A stretch of DNA of 64,000 bases from Spirochaetia bacterium (GTDB lineage: Bacteria > Spirochaetota > Spirochaetia > DSM-16054 > Sediminispirochaetaceae): contig JAXHMY010000009.1 of assembly GCA_034520965.1 (NCBI GenBank), forward strand, positions 1 to 64,000, given 5' to 3'. The position numbers and the translations under genes are program-made. The notes under the pieces were generated by a model, which saw only the letters and a list, made by a program, of their open reading frames with translations, was not told where the DNA came from and did no database searches. This document shows, in pieces, positions 12,512 through 22,951 of this stretch (its first letter is position 1; each line of letters starts with the position of its first letter).

Positions 12512-12780
12512 GGCTTCAGCTCCACATGTTCTGCTATGATTATGATACCTTCATTCTGTTTCAGCCGTCCTACTACTCTTACTCCCCTCTCTTTTCTCAG
12601 TTCAGGCGATAAATGGTCAGCAGCCTTTCCAAAATAGTAAACTTCAATCTCATTCCTCTCGATGATAGTCTCTCCCTCATAGGTATACTTTCGTACATTT
12701 TCTACAGTGAAAGTACAGAGACCATCAGACTAATCCGTTTCTGTAATGGTGCCTTCGATAATGACTGAATTGAGTTGCAT
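12493..12780 (-). pseudogene. SSB-like (spirochaete-type OB-fold) protein with one in-frame TAG
   Basis: Manual translation MQLNSVIIEGTITETD*SDGLCTFTV..RGVRVVGRLKQ..IIAEHVELKPWKVSA*; fills the gap between DUF6573 and radC. Confidence 0.7.
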
Positions 12781-13152
12781 TTAATCCTCCTCCGGGGTCA
12801 TGATGGTGATTACAGGCTCTCCTTCATCTCCAGGGCCAGCAATAGCCTTCAAAGTGATTTCTTCCATACGGTCGATCTCCATCAGAAATGAGACTTTGAA
12901 AAGGACAGTTGTCCCAGATGAATTTTGAGCTTCAAGCCTTAGGACATTCAGTACATCCCACAGCCGTCCAATGTCAGATTGTCCGTAGGGTTTGAGAGAG
13001 TTAGAAGGATTGATGTAGGTGTGGTAGAGAGTAGAGGTAAGAGCTACAGGCCATTTGTAGCCTGCTTGTCGAGCCAAATTGGATACGTCTATTAAGACTC
13101 CATCTTCAATCGCCTGTCGTCGTGTATAGGTATATATAACATCCCATTGCAT
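12781..13152 (-). CDS. DUF6573-like mobile-element protein
   Basis: YTRRQAIEDGVLIDVS..PVALT..GRLWDVL..GPGDEGEPVITIM. Confidence 0.75.
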   Translation of the reverse strand: MQWDVIYTYTRRQAIEDGVLIDVSNLARQAGYKWPVALTSTLYHTYINPSNSLKPYGQSDIGRLWDVLNVLRLEAQNSSGTTVLFKVSFLMEIDRMEEITLKAIAGPGDEGEPVITIMTPEED

Positions 13153-13236
13153 ATTGTTATTATATCCAATGGGGTGAGATCTCTAAAATGAATTGACACC
13201 TTATATTCTTTCAACTATGCTTTAAGCACATTTTTT

Positions 13237-13917
13237 TTGAAGGAGTTTTCTATGTCTCGTTTTACTGTACTTTTTGAATTATTCTCACGATACGATGATA
13301 AAGATCTAAATCGGAGTGAACTGTCTACAGGATTCTATAAGGGAGATAATGTTGAAGAGGTCTTTCAAGAAATTGAAGATGGTGAAGAATTTGATGATTC
13401 CGAAATAATTGATTTTGACTATTCAGATCAATTGCGTGAAACAGGTCGTGATATAATCTATATCAAGGACGAGAAAGATACTATTGTTTATAGTAGAGAA
13501 AGTAATAGAGTCACAATTAATCTATCCACAGATTTTGAAATGATTTTAGATGAAAAGGATGTTTCAGTTGAAGAACTAACGCGTTTAGGCAATTTACCTG
13601 ATAATGAAAAGAGGAACGAACTTAAACCATATATTTCATCTGTAGTCGAAAGTTTTGAACAAGAATTTGAAAAATACTTTGGGAAACTGTCAGACTATTC
13701 TTCAGATGATGAATTTAGAGAGATATCTCTTTATAATTTAGAACTTATACTTAAATATAAGCTTGATAAAGATATTGAAGTTGGTAAGTTAGATTACATG
13801 ATAGAAAATTTTTCCGAAAACTTTGATGGTAATATTATTATGTATGACTATAGAAATGAATACTATGTTAACTACCAAGACGGTGATATTAGTAGTGGCG
13901 GTTATCTTTCAATTTGA
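13237..13917 (+). CDS. Acidic hypothetical protein
   Basis: Long D/E-rich ORF; AAGGAG before ATG 13252. Confidence 0.6.
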   Translation: MKEFSMSRFTVLFELFSRYDDKDLNRSELSTGFYKGDNVEEVFQEIEDGEEFDDSEIIDFDYSDQLRETGRDIIYIKDEKDTIVYSRESNRVTINLSTDFEMILDEKDVSVEELTRLGNLPDNEKRNELKPYISSVVESFEQEFEKYFGKLSDYSSDDEFREISLYNLELILKYKLDKDIEVGKLDYMIENFSENFDGNIIMYDYRNEYYVNYQDGDISSGGYLSI

Positions 13918-13923
13918 AGTACA

Positions 13924-14574
13924 ATGGAGATGGTAATAGATCGTAATAATTCTATGGTCATCAAAGAATATAAACGTGTAAATTTGCTCGATGACTATTT
14001 TTCAAGACTAAAGATAATTAAACAAATTTCTATGGTTTTTGATCTGCTTACACCAACTTCTTTCACAGTCGATGGTGTAACAGTCTTTTACTATCAAGAA
14101 TATATTATTAAGAAGCGATTACCTTCTGACACTAAAGCAATCTATCATTTATTACTTACATTTGCTAAAGAATATGATGTAGTTTCAGAGCATGGTTTCG
14201 TTCACGGAGACATCAACAAAAAGAATGTATTATACGATGGGGAAAAGCTTTTACTCTGTGACCTCGAACCATCATTAAGACAAATAAGAAACAATAGAAC
14301 AATGTTAATGTACACGCCGCCATATGTTTCTAAAAATGATTTTCTATCTGGTGTTTTATCTTCTGATACTGACAAAATTGGATTCTACTTCTTATGTTAT
14401 AAACTACTTGGATTTAAGACAGAGTTTGACGTCAAAATAATAATGGGCATTAGAAATGCCTATAGACACAATAAGGCAGATAATTGGTATAGCATACTTC
14501 CATTTCCTGAAGAAGAATTACCTGATATGAGTTTTAGAGGATTATTGGATTTTGCTGCCAATCAACAGAAATAA
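13924..14574 (+). CDS. Small protein-kinase-like protein
   Basis: VIKEY, HGDINKKN catalytic loop, CDLE, YTPPY, DKIGF. Confidence 0.7.
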   Translation: MEMVIDRNNSMVIKEYKRVNLLDDYFSRLKIIKQISMVFDLLTPTSFTVDGVTVFYYQEYIIKKRLPSDTKAIYHLLLTFAKEYDVVSEHGFVHGDINKKNVLYDGEKLLLCDLEPSLRQIRNNRTMLMYTPPYVSKNDFLSGVLSSDTDKIGFYFLCYKLLGFKTEFDVKIIMGIRNAYRHNKADNWYSILPFPEEELPDMSFRGLLDFAANQQK

Positions 14575-14575
14575 T

Positions 14576-15172
14576 TTAAACAAACCCTTCCAACAGAGAC
14601 TCAGCCTCTTCTCTCAACTTCCTTCGCTCTTCAACTACACGAGTATCCTTCAACTTACCGTAGATTTCTATATACCGATCTCTTATACGAGTAAACTCTG
14701 ATGAGTGGTATAACTCCTCCATCCATTGAAGATCAGAGTCTGTGATAGCCTCTTTCACCTCATCAAAGATGTAGTCCACATACTCCAGTTCTTCAGTACT
14801 TATCCCATGCCATATATCATACCTCTCAATCTCTTGGCATAGTAAATGGGGTATCATGTAAAGGTTAGAGAGCATTAGGTCTGCGAGTCTGTATTTCGCC
14901 TCTTTATTCTTTCCCATTCTATGAAGGCTCAATGCCCAGCAGAGTTTCTGAATCGGTTCTCCCATATCATCGGGAAACTTCTCCTTATACCATTCGAAGT
15001 AGTCATCCGCATTCTTGAAGTCACCAATGACAAAGTAGAAACAGAAAAGGAGATATCTCTTGCCAAATCCATCGTTAATGTAGCCGGTAAGATTTTTCTC
15101 TTTCTGTAGCTCTCGCTTATACTTCGTGATCCGATTCTTCAGTTTCTTCTCTGTGTCGGGGAACTCAAACAT
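14576..15172 (-). CDS. Hypothetical helical/TPR-like protein
   Basis: 198-aa ORF, DGFGKRY..WYKEKFPDD.GEP. Confidence 0.6.
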   Translation of the reverse strand: MFEFPDTEKKLKNRITKYKRELQKEKNLTGYINDGFGKRYLLFCFYFVIGDFKNADDYFEWYKEKFPDDMGEPIQKLCWALSLHRMGKNKEAKYRLADLMLSNLYMIPHLLCQEIERYDIWHGISTEELEYVDYIFDEVKEAITDSDLQWMEELYHSSEFTRIRDRYIEIYGKLKDTRVVEERRKLREEAESLLEGFV

Positions 15173-15260
15173 GTGGATATCCTAAGGTCTGTGAGTTTGA
15201 ATGTAAACATTATAGATTGTTAAAAATGAGAACAGCATTCAATTCTCATTCTAATACTAA

Positions 15261-16238
15261 TTAATCTAATCGCCTATCGTTTATTTCCCAATAGACGTCT
15301 GTTCCTTTTAATTCTTCATTTTCTTGGATATTTTCCCATACCTTATCCGTAACCTCAGCACCGGCATTAAGCAACACTTCCAGTACTTTAGGATTTTCAT
15401 TATTTTTAGCAGCATACATTAGTGGTGTCCACCCGTCATCATCTCGAGCACTTACATCCGCTCCGCCTTCAAGCAAAACGTTTATAATTTCAGGGTGTTC
15501 ATTATTCCTAGCAGCATACATTAGTGGCGTCTCTCCGTCATTAGTTCGAGCATTCACATCCGCTCCACTTTCAAGCAAAACGTTTATAATTTCAGGGTTT
15601 TCATTATTCCTAGCAGCATGCATCAGAGGTGTCACCCCTATAACAGTTTTAGCATTTATTTCCGCTCCGCCTTTAAGCAAAACGTTTATAATTTCAGGGT
15701 TTTCATTATTCCTAGCAGCAGACATTAGTGGCGTCCACCCGTCAGCATCTCGAGCACTTACATCTGCTCCGCCTTCAAGCAAAACGTTTATAATTTCAGG
15801 GTGTTCATTATTTCTAGCAGCAAACATTAGTGGCGTCCACCCGTAATAATCTCGAGCATTTATTTCCGCTCCGTTTTCAAGCAAAACGTTTATAATTTCA
15901 GGGTGTTCATTACATCTGGCAGCATACATAAGTGATGTCACCCCTATATCAGTTTGAGCATTTATTTCCGCTCCGCCTTCAAGCAAAGCATTTGTAACCT
16001 CAGAGTTTTCATTATTCCTAGCAGCAAACATAAGTGGTGTCACCCCTATATCAGTTCGAGCACTTACATCCGCTCCGCCCTCGATTGCTGATTTAACTTC
16101 TTCTGGAGTCCCTTCTTCTACCAATGAGAAAAAATCATTTCCTTCAACAGTAGGTGCTACAGATAGTATTAGGACACACGCTATTTGTATTATTGTCTTC
16201 ATTCTCCTCTCTCCTTTTTTCAATAGATATAAGTTCAA
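15261..16238 (-). CDS. Secreted ankyrin-repeat protein
   Basis: Signal peptide plus about 7 repeats of GxTPLMxAARNNExPEIINVLLExGA. Confidence 0.9.
   Translation of the reverse strand: MNLYLLKKGERRMKTIIQIACVLILSVAPTVEGNDFFSLVEEGTPEEVKSAIEGGADVSARTDIGVTPLMFAARNNENSEVTNALLEGGAEINAQTDIGVTSLMYAARCNEHPEIINVLLENGAEINARDYYGWTPLMFAARNNEHPEIINVLLEGGADVSARDADGWTPLMSAARNNENPEIINVLLKGGAEINAKTVIGVTPLMHAARNNENPEIINVLLESGADVNARTNDGETPLMYAARNNEHPEIINVLLEGGADVSARDDDGWTPLMYAAKNNENPKVLEVLLNAGAEVTDKVWENIQENEELKGTDVYWEINDRRLD
15345..16080. repeat. About 7 tandem 102-bp ankyrin-coding repeats
   Basis: Near-identical units such as AAGCAAAACGTTTATAATTTCAGGGT recur every 102 bp. Confidence 0.85.
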
Positions 16239-16734
16239 TGCTCCTATTCTAACTAATACTATTTACTATAACAAAGCAATTTTTTTCTAATACGCTTTTA
16301 TGCCGGTCAATTCCTTTAGAACCGGGTAGCGTAGACTTGTAGGATTGCTCAAGTTTTAGTGCCACAAAACTCAATACGGTTTCTACTCTACTACCAATTT
16401 TATTATAAAGGTTATGAGCGTATACGCAAGGGTAGTAAGGTAACTTTTACATTCCAGCAATATCACTTAACTTGTCTATTAACTCCTGCTGTATCTCCTC
16501 TACCGTAAAGTCAATCTGCCTCTCCCACATATTATCTACCCCCTCCATAAACCCATACGCTTTAAGCAACTCCTCCAATCTCTCCACCAACAGTCTCTTT
16601 AATTCGTACATTGAAACCTCCTAATAGTGTTTACCTACTACTAGGGGGTTATTGAATTATTTACTTCTAAAAAAAGAAATTTTTCTTTTAATTATTTCCT
16701 TAGAATGTATAATCAGCATATGAGATAATTTTTC

Positions 16735-17025
16735 ATGGAGAGCATTATGTACTATGTAGCATACGAAGAGAAAAACACCAAACAGAAGAGGTGGAAAGTC
16801 TGCGGGAATAAAAAGGAAGTATTCGACTATTTTAAGAAGATTATGCCTAAGCAAGTACCCGACTCAAATGAGTTAAGCGATTTAAATGAAGCAATTGGGG
16901 ATAGGTGGACTATTGCTAAACTAACCTCAGATACCCGTAAGAAACTTGAAAATCACTTCGGTAAGAAAGGAACTGAACTTGAAGGTAGTAAAGAATATTT
17001 ACCTGAGATAGTTGCGTCTTTATAA
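16735..17025 (+). CDS. Hypothetical protein
   Basis: 96-aa ORF with GGAG RBS. Confidence 0.5.
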   Translation: MESIMYYVAYEEKNTKQKRWKVCGNKKEVFDYFKKIMPKQVPDSNELSDLNEAIGDRWTIAKLTSDTRKKLENHFGKKGTELEGSKEYLPEIVASL

Positions 17026-17056
17026 TATAGCTTAAAGAAAAACATAGGAGATTACA

Positions 17057-17224
17057 ATGAAGATAAAATGTATTAAGTGCCAGAAACAAGAATATGAGTT
17101 TTCTCTAAACGATGTGGACAAAAAACAACCTCTTAAACTTAAGTTTTGTTGTCCTCGGTGCGAAGAAACTACTGTAGTCTATATTGATGATGGGGGAGCA
17201 AGCATTCAGGTTTATTTGGCATAA
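17057..17224 (+). CDS. Small zinc-ribbon protein (55 aa)
   Basis: AGGAG RBS; MKIKCIKC...FCCPRC...YLA*. Confidence 0.55.
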   Translation: MKIKCIKCQKQEYEFSLNDVDKKQPLKLKFCCPRCEETTVVYIDDGGASIQVYLA

Positions 17225-17284
17225 GGTAAAATATACTATATTTTCATGGTAGTTTACAATTATGAACTTCGATATTAATTGTAC

Positions 17285-17783
17285 TTATGCTCTTTTATCA
17301 AACTCCAATGTGTATTGAATTGTTCTTAACAATGGATAATTCTCAGGTATAGACATTACTACTAAGTTTCTTGGGTGAAATTTCTTTAATAATCTGTTCA
17401 AATAGTTCTGAGACAATCATTACTCTTCCACCTCCTATTGTTTTATGGTTTTTATTGCTACCAACATAGAACAATGCTATTTGTTCGATTTCATCTGGAA
17501 TGTCTAAACCAATAAAAAGTTTAGGTATATATTCTAATCCTGCACTAAATTTCTTTGAAAATCTCTCTTCTCTCGTTGCCCACGTATTGGCATCTAGGGA
17601 TGGTTCTATATGAACTATGTGATTCAATTCCGGGCTAAATGCAACGATGTCTAGTTCCCCTATGTATCCTCCTTTTTCTCTTCTACCGACATTTACATTT
17701 TTCTTTACAAAATAACCGTTATACTCATACCACTCTCCTACCAACTTCTCTAAATGATTAGCCATTATCGCTCCTAACTGCAT
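17285..17783 (-). CDS. Small PD-(D/E)XK/restriction-endonuclease-like protein, 3' frameshift
   Basis: LEKLVGEWY..GYFV..ELDIVAF..HIEPS; second frame PENYPLLRTIQY. Confidence 0.6.
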
Positions 17784-17923
17784 GTCTTTTGATATACTAT
17801 AATAATAGTAGTTGAATTGACTATTTACGTATACCCATTTCGAAGGGAAAAGGACTTAACAGGAGTTTTTTGAAAGCTATGTAAATAAAAAATTATTTTT
17901 TTACTTTTAATATTGCTTCTATT

Positions 17924-18544
17924 TTATCCTACATTTTTTATGTTATTATCTACAGTTTTCAAATAATTTTCTGTCCATTGCCTATCTTTGGCACCTAGTA
18001 AATTAACTTTGTTTAATAGATAAGCTAATAACTTTCTTAATTCTTGCCCTTCATTATCAAGAACACCTCTATAAACATGACATCTTCCGCTTTCTAGTTC
18101 ATTCGCACAATTTGAGACAACGGCCATATAAGCGACAGTATCAACATTCCATCCTGTTTCGGAAGCTGAGTTCTTATAAGTATTATATGATTCCTCGCTT
18201 AACATAATCTCTTGCTTCAACTCTTGTATTAAATTTTTAGTATAACTGTGTGCAACTCCGCTTAACTCAGATTGAGCAGCGACATTTTGTAATACCTTAT
18301 CAAAGGAAGCATAAATTGTATTCTTTTCATCACCATCTATACTTGTATTTCTCTTCTTTCTATTATTACTTTTCTTTATAGAGCTATTTCTTTTTTCTGT
18401 GAACATCACAATTAGCCCGATAACAAAATAAATTAAAGTAGGTAAGCAAAAAATCGCAATAATCCAACCAAGAATTTTTATAAAACCCGTTGATAAATTG
18501 ATTATCATAATTCCGATTATAAACCCTATCACAGCAGCTATCAT
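17924..18544 (-). CDS. Membrane protein, hypothetical
   Basis: Two N-terminal TM segments plus soluble domain. Confidence 0.6.
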   Translation of the reverse strand: MIAAVIGFIIGIMIINLSTGFIKILGWIIAIFCLPTLIYFVIGLIVMFTEKRNSSIKKSNNRKKRNTSIDGDEKNTIYASFDKVLQNVAAQSELSGVAHSYTKNLIQELKQEIMLSEESYNTYKNSASETGWNVDTVAYMAVVSNCANELESGRCHVYRGVLDNEGQELRKLLAYLLNKVNLLGAKDRQWTENYLKTVDNNIKNVG

Positions 18545-18970
18545 TAAACAGTACCCCTTGTTTAATTTTAATAATTAACTTTTAATAAAATTATAACTCA
18601 ACATATGTGAAAGAACAATTCCTTTTTTAATTTAATCCATATTTAGATTATTATGCCTAATATTTCAAATAAATTAAAATAAAAGACAAGCCTCTGCATA
18701 ATAACTTATATTTCATTACTAATATATCTTGCCAAAATAAGCCGCGAAATTGAGACTTCCCTCTTCATCAGTCACATATGCAGCTCCTATAGTTTGGGCA
18801 CCTTATAGTGGACCCTCTTGTCAATACAGCTTTTTTCATTTCTTAATGAGATTCAAGCTGTCCATCCATAGACCTAATCTGCGGTTTGAATTCCACTTGT
18901 TGTATGGGGTATGAGACTATTATATTTCTGTATATAGGTACTTTTCCTTTGCTTCTAAGAGTCACTCTCG

Positions 18971-20176
18971 CTACTTGATGATCCTTCTCAGTCTATCCTT
19001 TTCTTCCTCCGACAGGCTCCGGACAGACTGCTCAAGAGAAGGATTATTATAGTACTTCTTTCTCATCCGCTTCTCTTTTAACTCTCGTGCTAATGTGTAG
19101 CCCTGTTTTCCACGGCGTTCTGAAAATGGTGAATTGATTAACTTATACACTCTTTGCTGTAAAGCATTGTCGTTTACCAGGATTAAGTTTAACCGTTTAC
19201 GTGCTTTTTCACGTGCTTTATCGGATAGTTTACCCCAGGCTTTTTTCACCTGTTGTTTGCCCTTCTCATTATCCAAAAAATCGAACTCGCACACAGCAGC
19301 GAAGAAACTAATGTTCTCTTTATTCACGGTTCGAGGTATCGCAATATAAAAGTGGCCTAAAGCCCTTTTATAATCACCTCTATACATGAGATAGATCCCC
19401 AGCCGGCGATTAAGAATAGGGCTTTTTCTATTGAAGAACAAACCACGCTTTAGTGCTGGTATTGCAGTTGCAGCTTTTCGCAAAGGGTATTTTATATACG
19501 GAGAGTGCTTGGTTAGTTTCAAAAACAGTGAAAAGGAGATGAACAGCAGAACGAATTTTACGGCAAGTCCAAATACTAGCCCATACACCACCACTGAGTT
19601 GTAAAGACCATGAAAGAAGGCCATAGCGAAGAACCCTAACATAGCAACCCGGTAAGATCCAGGATCCCTGGAACGAACATTGTTCCACCTTGCCGCAGCG
19701 TATAATCCGCCCCAGATAGCTCCGTAGAGCATGTGTCCACCAGTGCTCAGGATAGGCCGTATAGCAATGTAGAGCTCGGGATACCAGTTAATATAGAGAA
19801 TATTCTCTATAAATCCGAACCCCAGGCCAACGGCCGCTCCTTGAAGAATGCCATCCTGCGGTTCCTTCACTGTGTTGATTGTATGGGCGATAAGAATAAA
19901 GCTCGTCCATTTTACAAACTCCTCAATAATACCAGTTACGAGGACATTATAGAGAAAATCGCTTTCATATACAGATTGAATAAAAAAGGGAAGGGGATAA
20001 ATGTCATGGACCACTTGTACAAAAAAGGTAGATATTACCCCAGCAAAAAAGAATCCCCACAGGCCACTTACATTATCTTTATCAACAATAAAGTGTAATT
20101 TACCTATGAGAAATCTATACCAGATGAAAACCCATACAATGTTCCAAAGGTGTAATAAGAATAAGATTTTCTTCAC
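18971..20176 (-). CDS. PrsW-family intramembrane metalloprotease with C-terminal extension
   Basis: IIEEFVK, GLGFGFIENILY, GGH, FHGLYN motifs. Confidence 0.85.
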   Translation of the reverse strand: MKKILFLLHLWNIVWVFIWYRFLIGKLHFIVDKDNVSGLWGFFFAGVISTFFVQVVHDIYPLPFFIQSVYESDFLYNVLVTGIIEEFVKWTSFILIAHTINTVKEPQDGILQGAAVGLGFGFIENILYINWYPELYIAIRPILSTGGHMLYGAIWGGLYAAARWNNVRSRDPGSYRVAMLGFFAMAFFHGLYNSVVVYGLVFGLAVKFVLLFISFSLFLKLTKHSPYIKYPLRKAATAIPALKRGLFFNRKSPILNRRLGIYLMYRGDYKRALGHFYIAIPRTVNKENISFFAAVCEFDFLDNEKGKQQVKKAWGKLSDKAREKARKRLNLILVNDNALQQRVYKLINSPFSERRGKQGYTLARELKEKRMRKKYYNNPSLEQSVRSLSEEEKDRLRRIIK

Positions 20177-20673
20177 CCCATATGATTATTAAACTTTCAA
20201 ATTCTCTGGTGAATGCGTTAACAACAAAGAATGTATCAATACTGTACAGCATATCATATTTTTATCCGGAGTGATAAGTAACTATATTTCAAGAATTCAT
20301 TTGAACTTTTGAGACTGTCCATGTGTTTGGACAAATGGTTAAACTACTATGAGGTTTATCTTACGAAGGGACAAAGTTGATATCCGCACTCTCAATAAAG
20401 TTTTAGTTATCCACCAATTAATGTAGAATAGGCAGTACACCAAAATATCAATAAAGGTAATGGCAAAAAAAAATATTTAGATTTAGCTAAAAGAAGGTAG
20501 GGAGAAAGACTTTCTGTCAGCCTATAGAAATGAGTATCGGCAAATTTAGCTTAGATTCGGAAACTTCTCTTGGCGGGGAACAGTAGCTATGATAATAAAT
20601 TTGTATTTCATCTATTTTTTAATAATTTTTTCGCTTGCATTTCTCACTTATTTCAAATAATAAAAGTAAAAGA

Positions 20674-21172
20674 CTAATCCATTTTTTGATACTTTAATAC
20701 TGCTGTAAAATTGCCTTTATAAATTGTTTCAATAAAAAAATCAGAATCTGTTGTTGTTTTAATTTTTCTTGTCACTGCTCTTGGCTCAATCCAATCATAA
20801 AAGGAAGGTCCACCTGATGTCAAATTTAGTTCAAAATATACATCCTTACCATCCAAACCATCAACAAATAGTCCTCCACCCATTCCCTCATTTACATATA
20901 CTGTATATTCACCTGCCCATGTGGAATTATCCCATGCAGTATATTCAAAATTGTAAGTTCCTGGTACAGTCTTTTCATATACCTCAGGTTTAATTTCTAA
21001 TATATTTGGAAATGCTGGGTCTATCTGTATATATTATTTCTGTATCACTAATCCAATCATAGGCTATATAAGCCTCTCCATCGCTTCCGGGATTTCCAAT
21101 AAACAAATCACAAGAGAAAAATATTAACAAAAAAATAGATAGAATTAAGAGCTTATAATTATTACTTTTCAT
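20674..21172 (-). CDS. Lipoprotein (frameshift near 21000)
   Basis: LLIFFSC lipobox; two ORF pieces in series. Confidence 0.55.
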
Positions 21173-21197
21173 CTGTAATTATACTCCATATTTAAAT

Positions 21198-21782
21198 TCA
21201 CTTATTCTTTAAACTATTGTTATACTCGATTTTTATTTCGTTAGCTTGATTTACTGGCATCCAATGGTCACCTCGACTCCATGAAATAATGATGGATATT
21301 ATAGTACTAAGTCCTAATGTTAAAGTAGAAACATGTGCTATCTGAAGCATTAGTTCATTTCTATCATATACTATACCCGATTCAACATATTCACCATAAT
21401 CACCTCCATTTACTCTGTCATCATAATATAAAGTGAACCCAAGAGCTGCCACTGTTGTACCTAAAAGTGCCCAACCGATATTGTTATACGTCCTATTTGT
21501 TTTATGAAATTTTCTTGCCTTCTCTGCTTCCTCATCTAACCCTGCAATAATCAAGAATTCTGGTTCACTGATTTTATCGAATCCTTGATAATATCTAACC
21601 TTTTTAACTGTAGTTCCGGTATATATACCAGAAGTAGAACCAATTGTATTGTAGGTTCCAAAAGTTTCTTCCTTAACATCTATCTCTAATCGATTTCGCA
21701 TATAGTATCTATCAATTTCTTGTGCTGTCACAATGTTGACTGACAAAAACCAAATAAGCATAAATATTAAAACTCTTTTCAT
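21198..21782 (-). CDS. Exported/membrane hypothetical protein
   Basis: Signal peptide, two TM segments, GAGGAG RBS. Confidence 0.6.
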   Translation of the reverse strand: MKRVLIFMLIWFLSVNIVTAQEIDRYYMRNRLEIDVKEETFGTYNTIGSTSGIYTGTTVKKVRYYQGFDKISEPEFLIIAGLDEEAEKARKFHKTNRTYNNIGWALLGTTVAALGFTLYYDDRVNGGDYGEYVESGIVYDRNELMLQIAHVSTLTLGLSTIISIIISWSRGDHWMPVNQANEIKIEYNNSLKNK

Positions 21783-21800
21783 ATCTGTACTCCTCTTGAT

Positions 21801-21965
21801 TTATCCACCACAAATACCACAAGCATCTCCTACCTTTTCATCCGTGTAATACCCATCTTTTGTATTCCCATAGTATCGACACTTGTTATTATACTCTCTT
21901 ATTCCATATATCCTGTTCTTATCAGGAGAATTAAGCCTCTTTATCTCCTTCTTTAGAACCTTCAC
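21801..21965 (-). pseudogene. Small ORF duplicating the C-terminal Cys-rich tail of the neighbouring nuclease
   Basis: CRYYGNTKDGYYTDEKVGDACGICGG* is identical to the end of 22952..23887. Confidence 0.65.
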
Positions 21966-21966
21966 T

Positions 21967-22860
21967 TTAATTAAAAAGTCTTTTAATTTTATCCCACACC
22001 CCTTTAAAAACTTCGCCTGGAGGTGTAGGTCCTACTGATTTGTCTGGAGTTATGTCTGTATCAAAATTTTCGTGTTTTGGTTCATCAGGTCCTACATAGT
22101 CGCTACCAGAAAAGTGGTTGAGGTTTTTTACAAAATCATAATCATAATTTTCAAAATACTCTTCAACATCATATTTGTTATTTAAGTGTTCTGCATACGC
22201 AATCAAATTTACTCCCAATTTATCACTTCTATCTATACCATAACTTTCTGGATCAAGGCCCTTAAACATTACATAATTCCCTAAAGGATCATCATAAGGA
22301 CTATCATTAAAGCCTTTGAGAACCGGGTCAGAATAATCATAATCAACAGCTATTTCACCTTGTGTAGAATTTAATAATATCCACTGTCCGTCAATATATG
22401 CTTCAACATACACATGCCCTCCAAGACCATTATGATTGGGATATTCCTCTACAAAATTTAAATTAGCACCATCAACCATAATAGCAGGAGTGTTGTTATG
22501 TCTTAAGATGCTTGCCAAGAACAGCGCTGCAGAATGACATCCTGTGAGTTTTTCATTTTCTAAAATCTTCTCAACAGTCATTGTTCCAATAGTCCTGCCA
22601 CCGGCCGGGACCATTTCATAATTTCTAAAAATATATTTATATACAGAATTTAAGTCAGAAAATTTTTCAATTTCACCAACGACCGAGTCAATTTCTTCAG
22701 CAAATTCGCCAGGAATTTGTGATTGAGGGCCTTGAACAAGATATTTTTCAGGGCTTGAATAATCAATTCCCCATTTGTTTTCAATTTTTTCTTCAATACT
22801 TTCATTAGCAAAAAGTGTAAGAGAAACAAACAACAATAGAACAATCAATAGTTTTTTCAT
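21967..22860 (-). CDS. Secreted transglutaminase-like protein
   Basis: Signal peptide; TGCHSAA, GHVYVEAYIDGQWILLNST. Confidence 0.75.
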   Translation of the reverse strand: MKKLLIVLLLFVSLTLFANESIEEKIENKWGIDYSSPEKYLVQGPQSQIPGEFAEEIDSVVGEIEKFSDLNSVYKYIFRNYEMVPAGGRTIGTMTVEKILENEKLTGCHSAALFLASILRHNNTPAIMVDGANLNFVEEYPNHNGLGGHVYVEAYIDGQWILLNSTQGEIAVDYDYSDPVLKGFNDSPYDDPLGNYVMFKGLDPESYGIDRSDKLGVNLIAYAEHLNNKYDVEEYFENYDYDFVKNLNHFSGSDYVGPDEPKHENFDTDITPDKSVGPTPPGEVFKGVWDKIKRLFN

Positions 22861-22951
22861 GATAACCTCTCATTAAATTGATATAAACATTTTATATTGA
22901 AGATTTAAATCTCTATAACGTACCAAAATACCCAACACTATGACTCTAATT

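Noticed and set aside
12493..12780. Stop-codon recoding (TAG readthrough) in the SSB and receiver fragments
   Set aside because: TAG is used as a normal stop in other genes here; isolated cases fit mutation or error
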